NCBI GenBank assembly: GCA_043746875.1
Contig: JAYTQE010000033.1
Coordinates: 1-45,514 of the forward strand
DNA from: Minisyncoccota bacterium
GTDB lineage: Bacteria > Patescibacteriota > Minisyncoccia > Phycocordibacterales > UBA9973
Direction: 5' to 3'
DNA length: 45,514 bases
Both the position numbers and the translations under genes were made by a program. Under the pieces are notes generated by a model, which made no database searches, was not told the origin of the DNA, and saw only the letters and a program-made list of their open reading frames with translations. Positions 35,892 through 43,150 of the stretch are shown in pieces. Position 1 is the first letter of the stretch. Each line of letters starts with the position of its first letter.

Positions 35892-36686
35892 TTATTTTTT
35901 TCTAGCCAAAATAAAAATACTTGGTCCAAAATATATTTTTCCTAAAGGTTTTTGTAGACAAGATTCTATAAAAACAAGTATTTTAAATGGTAATATTTTT
36001 TTTAAAAATCCTGATCTTAAATTTGAAACTGATCTTATTTTAATAATCTCAAAATCTAATTTTTCAAGATCTTTTATAATTTCTTTTGGATTATGGTTAA
36101 CAAAAGGCACCTCTTTATTTTTACTATTTACTTCGTTTATTTCTTTGTTAAAAAGTTCTTTTCTTTTTTGTTTATTAAAAAATGTTTTCAATCTAGCTTT
36201 TAAGTGAATTTTATTTGCCACATCAAATATCAAATATCCTCCACTAGAAAGGATTCTATTATATTCTAAAAAAGTGTTTTCGATTTTTGGGATATGATGA
36301 GAAACTCTTACACAAACAATGACATCAACTGATTTGTTATTTAGTGGTATATTTTCAGATATCCCTCTAATGAAAGATAAGTTTGGATACTTATCCCCAA
36401 TGCGTTTTTTTGTCTCCTCCAATTGCATAATAGAAGGGTCAAGAAGTATGGCTTCTTTGAAAAGATCTATATATATAGGAACCAATCTACCCAAACCACC
36501 ACCTACATCAATGATGCAATTGTTATTTGTTTTTGTTTTTTTAAGAAAATTTAGAACAGCTATATTATCAGATTCACTTTCATAGTCTCTTCCTTTCCAA
36601 AATTCATTATAATTATAATTATCATAAAAAGCTGCCTTTTTTTCAATCTCTGTCTTGGCTGGAAATAAATAATCTTTAGAATTCAT
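35892..36686 (-). CDS. Class I SAM-dependent methyltransferase
   Basis: Motif I IIDVGGGLGRL, followed by a Methyltransf_11-like VDVIVCVRVSHHI. Confidence 0.8.
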   Translation of the reverse strand: MNSKDYLFPAKTEIEKKAAFYDNYNYNEFWKGRDYESESDNIAVLNFLKKTKTNNNCIIDVGGGLGRLVPIYIDLFKEAILLDPSIMQLEETKKRIGDKYPNLSFIRGISENIPLNNKSVDVIVCVRVSHHIPKIENTFLEYNRILSSGGYLIFDVANKIHLKARLKTFFNKQKRKELFNKEINEVNSKNKEVPFVNHNPKEIIKDLEKLDFEIIKIRSVSNLRSGFLKKILPFKILVFIESCLQKPLGKIYFGPSIFILARKK

Positions 36687-36732
36687 GATGGCTCAGAGTA
36701 TACCAGTACTTTTAAAATTTTCAAAAAAAACA

Positions 36733-36760
36733 AAAAAGCGGAATTACTCCGCTTTTTTTG
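36733..36760 (-). terminator. Intrinsic terminator overlapping the acyltransferase stop codon
   Basis: Minus-strand RNA AGCGGA-GUAAU-UCCGCU followed by UUUUUGUUUUUUUU. Confidence 0.7.
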
Positions 36761-37784
36761 AATACCTTAAATAGTATTCGTCATTTTTTCTTCTTACTTC
36801 TAACATAACTTCCTTGGAAGATTTTCCTACTGTTGATATTGGGTCTAAATATATTAATTTAATAATACTAGGATTTATCCCTTGCTTAAAAAATTGAATT
36901 AGATAACTTTTAAATTTATTAAAAATAGATCTAATATTTTGTTTTTTCTTAACATAAGAAGTTATATCTTGCTCACTTGGAAATCTCCATTTTTCACTTC
37001 CAGACGCAACTACCAGTATTATATCCAATCCTAGTTCACAGGCTATATTAAAAGCTCCATATTTAAAATCAAGACTTGGTTTATTTGTCCTATTTCTTGT
37101 AGCTTCTGGAAAGATAATTACAAAAGAATCTCTATTCTCAATCAAAAAATCTTTTGCCTTCTGAACTGTAGTTCCTCTTTTATTAGTAGCGTTATTTTCT
37201 CTCTCGATAGGAAATCCTACTGCTGAAAAAAACCATTTAAAACCCCATATTTTAAATAAATTTTTACCTATCATAGCTCTCCAATTTTTTGAAAAAGCTA
37301 TCCATGATGCAAGAAAATAATCTGCTGACCCTCGATGATTCATAACTATAACTGCACTTTTTGATTTTTTTACAACATCTATATTGCCTTTCTCTGTAAC
37401 AAAAATCATCAATGCCGTCATGGCTGTAAGTGAAATAATAGAAACTATCAAGCAAACAACTTTTGGATATTTCAATTTATAAAAAATCCATATAAATAAA
37501 GCTCCTATTGGACAGATAATTACAAATACTGGCAAAAATAATACTGAAGCTAAAATAGCAAAAGTAAATCTAACCCAATATTTCCTAATTTTTTCAGTTC
37601 TTGCTAATAAGTATCCGCCTATAAAAGAAAGAGATACTAGAAGTAAAACTATCACGTACACATAAATACTATTTATTAAGCTATGTTTAGGTTCTAAAAT
37701 CCAAACAATAAACCTAATATCAAACCACCAAACGGTTATAGGTAAAAATATACCTAAGCTGATATTTCTAATAAGATTTTTCAT
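36744..37784 (-). CDS. Lysophospholipid (1-acyl-glycerol-3-phosphate) acyltransferase-like protein with an N-terminal 4-TM extension
   Basis: NHRGSAD (HxxxxD) and FPEATRNR (FPEGTR-like) acyltransferase motifs. Confidence 0.75.
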   Translation of the reverse strand: MKNLIRNISLGIFLPITVWWFDIRFIVWILEPKHSLINSIYVYVIVLLLVSLSFIGGYLLARTEKIRKYWVRFTFAILASVLFLPVFVIICPIGALFIWIFYKLKYPKVVCLIVSIISLTAMTALMIFVTEKGNIDVVKKSKSAVIVMNHRGSADYFLASWIAFSKNWRAMIGKNLFKIWGFKWFFSAVGFPIERENNATNKRGTTVQKAKDFLIENRDSFVIIFPEATRNRTNKPSLDFKYGAFNIACELGLDIILVVASGSEKWRFPSEQDITSYVKKKQNIRSIFNKFKSYLIQFFKQGINPSIIKLIYLDPISTVGKSSKEVMLEVRRKNDEYYLRYSKKAE

Positions 37785-37889
37785 TTTTGTATTATTTAAT
37801 TTTTATAGATCAATATTGTTTATTTGTTTAAATTCATCCTAACATCAGCTGCTGATATAGCAAGCCTTGTAAGAATATTTTTATTATTG

Positions 37890-37962
37890 GGGGCCTATCG
37901 GGAATCGAACCCGAATCGAAGGTTCCACAAACCTCAGTGTTAACCGTTACACCATAAGCCCC
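37890..37962 (-). tRNA. tRNA-His (anticodon GUG) with an encoded G-1; CCA not encoded
   Basis: Cloverleaf folded by hand. G-1 plus acceptor GGGCUUA/UAGGCCC, anticodon loop UUGUGGA, T-arm UCGGG-UUCGAUU-CCCGA, C73. Confidence 0.9.
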
Positions 37963-38013
37963 ATGAAATTAAATTTTATTAGTAGAGTTTTTGTTATACC
38001 AGAAATAGAGTAT

Positions 38014-39000
38014 TTAATCTAGAGCTGATACTTCTTTATTCTTTGAAAGATGATTTTCAAAAATACGAGAACCTATAACTACACAAGAAAGTAGTACCCC
38101 ATAAAGCACAACAGCTGTGATGAAGTCTGTACTTATAGACCTCAAAGAACCTAAAATAAAAGCTAAGTACCATGATGTTATAGATATACCACCCAATGCA
38201 AAAGCTATTCTTCTAAAACGTCTTGATATTTTATCTTCAGCAAAACTAAGCCTTCTTATATGAGGGGCCACGAACATATTTAATATTAGTCCGTTTAAAA
38301 TAATCACACTAACAACAACAACTTTTAATAAAAACTTTGAGGACACAGCTAGTTTACTAGCCTCTGGAATAAACAATGCAATTCCACTCACTATAAGTAT
38401 TGCTAAACCTACCCATATAACACTAGAGAGTGTGTCCATTGTGTCTTTTTCTTCTTGAGATATTTTTCCATCTTTTAGAAATCTAAAAAATAATATATCT
38501 GTAATTGTTGCCGCTCCTATTCCCAATATAAAACCTATACTATGTACAATAACCCACATTACCTTTTGTGATGCTAAAATAAAATCAAATTGCGCTATCG
38601 GTATAGAAGATAAACTGATAAATAAAATCAAATTAGAAAGAGCTATCCCTGCACACCAAAAACACCATGATCTAATTATTAAAATCTGTGCCATGACAAG
38701 ATATATTGAAAACAAAAGTCCGATAATCAACATAAAAAACAAAATATACAAAAGCCAAGATGTTACCATACCAGAACAAGGTATCATCAAAATAGTTCCT
38801 ACACTTAAGAAATAAAATATTCCTAAAATTTCATTAGGTATGCCAAATGTTTTTGAAAATCTACTATGTAAAACACTGTCACAAGGATGTTCTCTTGGGC
38901 AGATCAATTTATCATGTCTTATTTTTTTTAAAAAAATATAAAGAGAGCACGCTATACCAAGCAAACAAGCTCCGAAAGCAATTATAATATTAATTGTCAT
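38014..39000 (-). CDS. VKOR-family thiol oxidoreductase fused to a C-terminal polytopic membrane domain
   Basis: Loop cysteines CPREHPC and the active-site CFWC in a TM helix. An additional ~170 aa with ~5 TM segments follows. Confidence 0.7.
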   Translation of the reverse strand: MTINIIIAFGACLLGIACSLYIFLKKIRHDKLICPREHPCDSVLHSRFSKTFGIPNEILGIFYFLSVGTILMIPCSGMVTSWLLYILFFMLIIGLLFSIYLVMAQILIIRSWCFWCAGIALSNLILFISLSSIPIAQFDFILASQKVMWVIVHSIGFILGIGAATITDILFFRFLKDGKISQEEKDTMDTLSSVIWVGLAILIVSGIALFIPEASKLAVSSKFLLKVVVVSVIILNGLILNMFVAPHIRRLSFAEDKISRRFRRIAFALGGISITSWYLAFILGSLRSISTDFITAVVLYGVLLSCVVIGSRIFENHLSKNKEVSALD

Positions 39001-39023
39001 TACTTTATTCTAAATGAAAATAC

Positions 39024-39053
39024 AAAAAAAGCCCAGAGATAAAATCTCTAAGC
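39024..39053 (-). terminator. Intrinsic terminator downstream of tRNA-Leu
   Basis: Minus-strand RNA GCUUAGAGAU-UUU-AUCUCUGGGC followed by UUUUUUU. Confidence 0.65.
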
Positions 39054-39064
39054 ATTTTTTTTAG

Positions 39065-39146
39065 TGCACGAGAGAGGAATTGAACCTCCACGCCTTGCGG
39101 CACACGAACCTCAATCGTGCGCGTATACCAGTTCCGCCACTCGTGC
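39065..39146 (-). tRNA. tRNA-Leu (anticodon GAG), class II with a long variable arm
   Basis: Acceptor GCACGAG/CUCGUGC, anticodon stem CACGA/UCGUG with loop UUGAGGU, variable arm UGCCGCAAGGCGUG, A73. Confidence 0.9.
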
Positions 39147-39168
39147 AAGAAATATATTATAAACTATT

Positions 39169-39582
39169 TTATTCAGTTCCAGATTCTTCTGAAACTTCTT
39201 CGTTTTCAATTTCTTGAGCTTCAATTTTTCCACCAAGAATTTGTTTCATTTTGCGACGAATTTCTTTTGTTGCCTTATCACGAATATAATAAAGTTTACT
39301 TCTTCTTGTTTTTGTCTTTTTTGTAATTTCGATACGATCAATCATTGGAGAGTAAAGTGGGAAAATACGTTCAACCCCTACAGAATTAGAAATTTTGCGT
39401 ACTGTAAAAGTAGCAGATGGCCCTGTTCCATGTTTACGAGCTAAAACTATTCCTTCAAAAGCTTGAAGTCTAAATTTACCCTTATCTTGTATTTTTGACC
39501 AAACACGAACTGAGTCGCCTGAGCTAAAAGCTAAAGATTTTCTTGACTCAATATCAACTGGAGTAAAATTCTTTGTTTCCAT
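39169..39582 (-). CDS. rplS: 50S ribosomal protein L19
   Basis: FSSGDSVRVWSKIQDKGKFRLQAFEGIVLARKHG...VERIFPLYSP. Start set at METKNF (39582) to avoid overlapping the upstream gene. Confidence 0.92.
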   Translation of the reverse strand: METKNFTPVDIESRKSLAFSSGDSVRVWSKIQDKGKFRLQAFEGIVLARKHGTGPSATFTVRKISNSVGVERIFPLYSPMIDRIEITKKTKTRRSKLYYIRDKATKEIRRKMKQILGGKIEAQEIENEEVSEESGTE

Positions 39583-39598
39583 ATAGGTCAAAATACTA

Positions 39599-40327
39599 TC
39601 ACGAAATACTATACTTAGCAACAGCATTTTTAAAATCTTCTGGATATGGGGCTACTACCTCTATTTCGTCACCATTTAAGTCCTTAAAAGTGATTTTGTA
39701 AGCATGTAGTGCCAACCTCTCAAAATTTAGTGCTTGTCTTTTTGATGAAGAATAAAGACTGTCTGAAACTATAGGTCTCTGCATATATTTCATATGGACT
39801 CTTAATTGGTGAGTTCTACCTGTCTTAGGGAATAATTTAATAAAAGAAAAATTATCTTTATTTTCGTCTTCAAATTGATTTATTACTTGCCATTTTGTAA
39901 ATGCTTCTCTTGTTTCTCCTCTTACGCCTCGCCCAGCAAGCCATTTCCGAAAATCTCCAGAACTTCGACCAATAGGTATATCTACTACACCAAATGATTC
40001 TTTGAAATGACCCCAAACAAATGCATGATATTCTTTTTCAATTTCTTTATTCATAAAAAGATTTTTGAAATAAGAAAAAGAATTTGATGTTTTTGCAATA
40101 ATGAGTACGCCTGATGTATCTTCGTCTAGTCTATGCACTATACCTGGACGATCAATTTCTTTATTCCCAAATATTGCTTTTTCTCCAACATCTATTATTT
40201 CTGGATATTTTTCAATGATCCAATCTGTTAGTGTTGGATCATTACGCTTACCATCGCTATGAACCATCAAACCTGCAGGTTTGTTTATTACCAAAAAATC
40301 TTTTGTTTCCATTAGAATATTTATCAT
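39599..40327 (-). CDS. RluA-family pseudouridine synthase
   Basis: HRLDEDTSGVLIIAK catalytic motif and TGRTHQLRVH. This is the only CDS in the window ending in TGA. Confidence 0.9.
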   Translation of the reverse strand: MINILMETKDFLVINKPAGLMVHSDGKRNDPTLTDWIIEKYPEIIDVGEKAIFGNKEIDRPGIVHRLDEDTSGVLIIAKTSNSFSYFKNLFMNKEIEKEYHAFVWGHFKESFGVVDIPIGRSSGDFRKWLAGRGVRGETREAFTKWQVINQFEDENKDNFSFIKLFPKTGRTHQLRVHMKYMQRPIVSDSLYSSSKRQALNFERLALHAYKITFKDLNGDEIEVVAPYPEDFKNAVAKYSIS

Positions 40328-40344
40328 ATCTACCAGTTTACACT

Positions 40345-40377
40345 GAAAAATAAAAAACCGTGATTAATCACGGTTTT
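40345..40377 (-). terminator. Intrinsic terminator overlapping the stop of the ClpP-like gene
   Basis: aaaccgtgat/atcacggttt 10-bp perfect stem. The minus-strand RNA is followed by UUUUUUAUUUUU. Confidence 0.75.
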
Positions 40378-40834
40378 AGAAAAAAGGTACTTTTTTTGTG
40401 GCAATCCCTAAATCAAGAAGATCAGTAGAAGACAACATAACATTATTAAGTCTTTCAATATTGGAAATATCCATTTTTGTCTGTTTCTCAAAAATTGAAA
40501 TAAAATGTTTTGTTTGCTGAATCTTTGTTGATTTATCTTTTGACTCAGGTAGATGTATAGCACCGAAACTTTTATCACAAACAATTCTTTCGTGCATATT
40601 AACAGCAAAGAGCATAGCTGATGATTCTGCATATTCAATTTCAGCTATAAAGTGATATTTGTACTGTGTAAAGTAGTATACAAATCCATTCATTATTGCC
40701 ATACTTTCAACATCTCCTCCATGGGAATTAATTCTAATTCTAATTTCTCGTTGAGTAGGTAGTACTCTTCTTAATGAAATCTTAAACTGCTTAACCATAT
40801 TCTTGTTGAATTCACCATCAATAGGAATAATCAT
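40376..40834 (-). CDS. Short ClpP/S14-like (ClpP-crotonase fold) protein
   Basis: By eye it aligns with the ClpP core. INSHGGDV matches INSPGG, AESSAM covers the catalytic Ser region, and AIHLPE matches MIHQP. The N-terminal region is missing and the Asp position appears to be Asn. Confidence 0.55.
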   Translation of the reverse strand: MIIPIDGEFNKNMVKQFKISLRRVLPTQREIRIRINSHGGDVESMAIMNGFVYYFTQYKYHFIAEIEYAESSAMLFAVNMHERIVCDKSFGAIHLPESKDKSTKIQQTKHFISIFEKQTKMDISNIERLNNVMLSSTDLLDLGIATKKVPFF

Positions 40835-40835
40835 T

Positions 40836-40863
40836 TTGACAAAGGTTTTATTTCGTGTATAAT
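40836..40863 (+). promoter_or_regulatory. Near-consensus sigma70 promoter
   Basis: TTGACA (40836..40841), a 16-nt spacer, then TATAAT (40858..40863). Confidence 0.55.
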
Positions 40864-40894
40864 GGTAACATTAATATAATAATATGTCAAATAT

Positions 40895-41065
40895 ATGGAA
40901 CAACCAGAAACAGGCCCAACAAGACCAATAATGCCATTAGAAGCAACTGATGCTAAAGGGAATATGAGAAAAGCATACACTATGGTCGAAGGAGATGTTT
41001 ATTACGGAAGTGAAGAAGAACTTACAGAGGAAATTGTAAGACGTAGAGAGGAAGCTAAAAATTAA
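40895..41065 (+). CDS. Hypothetical small protein (56 aa), not in the ORF track
   Basis: An ATG..TAA ORF (MEQPETGPTRPIMPLEATDAKGNMRKAYTMVEGDVYYGSEEELTEEIVRRREEAKN) framed by a consensus promoter and a strong terminator. It is GC-richer than its flanks. Confidence 0.35.
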   Translation: MEQPETGPTRPIMPLEATDAKGNMRKAYTMVEGDVYYGSEEELTEEIVRRREEAKN

Positions 41066-41097
41066 TAAAAAAAACTCCCATTAGGGAGTTTTTTTTA
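41066..41097. terminator. Bidirectional intrinsic terminator
   Basis: aactccc-atta-gggagtt hairpin flanked by an A-run and a T-run. It separates convergent ORFs. Confidence 0.8.
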
Positions 41098-41349
41098 TTA
41101 AGCTACTTTTTTTAATTCATCCTTTTTTATAGTAATAATTTCACCAGAAAGTTTTTCAAACTTATCAAGGAAAATTTGGTATTCTGATTCTCTAAGTTCA
41201 AATCCCATGGCAAAATACTTACCTTCACGCTCTCCAGTATTCCCTCCTTCTCCAAACATAGGTGCTTCTTCTTTCATTTTAGATATAGCAATCTGAAGAT
41301 TAACCTCGCTCCAGTGCTTTTGCTCTATTCCTTTTTCTCCAAAAATCAT
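41098..41349 (-). CDS. Hypothetical protein (83 aa)
   Basis: An ORF with no motif I recognise. A TATAAT lies 6 nt upstream of its ATG, so it may be leaderless. Confidence 0.4.
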   Translation of the reverse strand: MIFGEKGIEQKHWSEVNLQIAISKMKEEAPMFGEGGNTGEREGKYFAMGFELRESEYQIFLDKFEKLSGEIITIKKDELKKVA

Positions 41350-41479
41350 ATTTAGATTATATCATTAACTTATAATAATAGTTTACTCTATACTTATTTT
41401 ATAGAGGTCACAACGACTAAATCGTGGATTATAAAATAGCAAATTTATCTATATTTAAAAACAACTTCATTATTCTTAG

Positions 41480-41551
41480 TGCTCCCGGTAGGAATCGAAC
41501 CTACAATAACGGCTTAGAAGTCCGCAGTTATATCCATTTAACTACGGGAGC
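41480..41551 (-). tRNA. tRNA-Arg (anticodon UCU)
   Basis: Acceptor GCUCCCG/CGGGAGC, D-arm GUUA/UAAC, anticodon loop CUUCUAA, T-arm GUAGG-UUCGAUU-CCUAC, A73. There is an A31.G39 mismatch. Confidence 0.88.
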
Positions 41552-41669
41552 ATTGGTACCTACATACTATATGAACAAATAAAATTTGCAAAACTATCAT
41601 TTTTTAAGTATGCTATTTCTAGCGTTTTATACGCTCTTAGTTGTTTTGGTAGGCTCAGAATATTTATGA

Positions 41670-41745
41670 GCGCTCTTAGCTCAGTTGGTAGAGCAGTGCT
41701 TTTACACAGCAAAGGTCGGGGGTTCGAATCCCTCAGGGCGCACCA
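41670..41745 (+). tRNA. tRNA-Val (anticodon UAC) with encoded CCA
   Basis: Acceptor GCGCUCU/AGGGCGC, D-arm GCUC-AGUUGGUA-GAGC, anticodon loop UUUACAC, T-loop UUCGAAU, 3' ACCA. Confidence 0.92.
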
Positions 41746-41756
41746 AGCAAATCATT

Positions 41757-42044
41757 TTAATTTGGGGTTATTTGATCAATAACTCTTTCGTTTATCGTCT
41801 TATCTATTTTATCTAGTGTTCTACTCATAAGCTCTATTTTGTCTTTATTGGTTTCAAGCTTAACAATAGCTGGAGCATCTAATTTTTGAGAAATAAAAAG
41901 GAAATACCAGCTAAAAATAAATAGCTCAAGTGTTAATAAAATAATAAATAATATTAATATATGATTCCAAAAAGTATGGGGATTAAATACTTTTCTTTTT
42001 AAGAAATTATTTTTATATATTTTTTTAGAAAAAACTGGTTCCAT
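41757..42044 (-). CDS. Hypothetical single-TM protein at the distal end of the pilMNO cluster
   Basis: 95 aa with one TM (ILILFIILLTLELFIFSWYFLFI). Its start is contiguous with the pilO-like stop. Confidence 0.5.
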   Translation of the reverse strand: MEPVFSKKIYKNNFLKRKVFNPHTFWNHILILFIILLTLELFIFSWYFLFISQKLDAPAIVKLETNKDKIELMSRTLDKIDKTINERVIDQITPN

Positions 42045-42045
42045 A

Positions 42046-42618
42046 TTAATAACTTATTATTTGAATACTTGCTGTTAATTCAGTTGGATTTTCTTGGTTT
42101 GTAACAACTTCAAATTTTTTTTCATTTCCAACTACTTTTTCTAGGGAAATATTATGTTTAAGTAAAAATTGTACAAAATTAATTTGATATGTTTGATGTT
42201 CTAATAAAAACAAAAACTTGGCAATATCCTCTTCTTTCCCTTTTGCCATAAAACCTATACTAAACTTTGATTCTGGGTAATTAATATCAGGAGCAACAAC
42301 AGATGAAATAGAAAAATCTAGGTTGTTATTTTTAGCCAAAGATTCAAAACTAGATAATAAATTAGGAACAGTTGCTTGTGTTATTATGTATTTTTCTAAA
42401 CTATCTGTTTTATTTTTTATATTATCCAAATCTTTTGACTCTTCAGAAAAAATCTTTTTATTTTCTTCAAAAGAAACAAGTCTTTCTTTTGAAGAATTAA
42501 CCTGGTTGAACATTTGATTAAACTTTTTAAATAAAAATACAAAACCAATAACTACAGCAAAAAAGCATGTGAGTGCAATTATAAATATAATAATATGTTT
42601 TTTTAAAATTTGTTTCAT
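42046..42618 (-). CDS. pilO: PilO-like type IV pilus assembly protein
   Basis: An N-terminal TM, a coiled coil and a small C-terminal domain. Positioned after pilM and pilN. Confidence 0.55.
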   Translation of the reverse strand: MKQILKKHIIIFIIALTCFFAVVIGFVFLFKKFNQMFNQVNSSKERLVSFEENKKIFSEESKDLDNIKNKTDSLEKYIITQATVPNLLSSFESLAKNNNLDFSISSVVAPDINYPESKFSIGFMAKGKEEDIAKFLFLLEHQTYQINFVQFLLKHNISLEKVVGNEKKFEVVTNQENPTELTASIQIISY

Positions 42619-42625
42619 ATTTTTA

Positions 42626-43150
42626 TTATTTTAATTTTATTAAGAGATAAAAACTTCCATTTTCATTTTTAACAAAATTAGAAAGCGGTGAGTCCACAGA
42701 CTCAATTAAATTACTACTCCTAAGAAATTCTAAAAAATCTTGAAGTTGAACTCTAGATATATAAATACCCTCTACTTTTAGAGTTAGATTTTTATTATCC
42801 ATATCAAAACTAGTAATAATTACACCTTTTGGGGTTAATGTTTTTATATAATTTATATAAAAACTTGGTGATAAAATAGTTTCCATATTTAGTTTCTGGT
42901 CAAGATTTGTTATACGATTATTAAGGTTTTCAATATCAGAAGCATCTATAATACTCCCTCCTTCTTTTAATTTTTTTATTTGATTATCTACTATAGAGTA
43001 TCTTGAATTTACAGTGAAAATAGTTGGTAATAATAAAAATAAAGCAATTATCATAAGTATTGTCATCCCCCAAAAAACAACAGTTAGTATACGTAATTTA
43101 CGTATACTTTTTATTATTTTTTTTTCTTCATATGGTAATAAATTAATCAT
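42626..43150 (-). CDS. pilN: PilN-like type IV pilus assembly protein
   Basis: MINLLPYEEKK (the INLLP motif that binds PilM) followed by one TM. Start set at Met8 of the tracked ORF; it overlaps the pilM end by 8 nt. Confidence 0.75.
   Translation of the reverse strand: MINLLPYEEKKIIKSIRKLRILTVVFWGMTILMIIALFLLLPTIFTVNSRYSIVDNQIKKLKEGGSIIDASDIENLNNRITNLDQKLNMETILSPSFYINYIKTLTPKGVIITSFDMDNKNLTLKVEGIYISRVQLQDFLEFLRSSNLIESVDSPLSNFVKNENGSFYLLIKLK

Noticed and set aside
35878-36207. A 109-aa plus-strand ORF at the 3' end of the methyltransferase gene.
   Set aside because: It is antisense to the 264-aa SAM methyltransferase ORF, which has a clean motif I. The translation is Phe/Leu/Ile/Lys-rich with no motif.
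37840-37856. The palindrome atcagc-t-gctgat upstream of the acyltransferase gene.
   Set aside because: It is a short 6-bp palindrome with a 1-nt centre, which cannot form a stable RNA hairpin, and no repeat partner occurs elsewhere in the window. It is probably chance or a minor operator.
39117-39326. A 69-aa plus-strand ORF.
   Set aside because: It starts inside tRNA-Leu and runs antisense through the 3' end of rplS, so it is not credible as a gene.
39583-39627. N-terminal extensions of the tracked ORFs for L19 (39583..39627), PilN (43151..43171) and RuvX (44996..45064).
   Set aside because: The extensions are hydrophobic or low-complexity. They overlap the preceding gene or approach tRNA-Ser, and they precede Met residues that give canonical N-termini (METKNF, MINLLP, MKYLGVDYG).
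41386-41440. A GC-richer inverted-repeat patch (ttttata-gaggtcacaacgactaaatcgtggat-tataaaa) between tRNA-Arg and the 83-aa ORF.
   Set aside because: Only a 4-bp core stem plus AU flanks can pair, and there is no U-tract or recognisable motif. This is too weak to call a terminator or sRNA.
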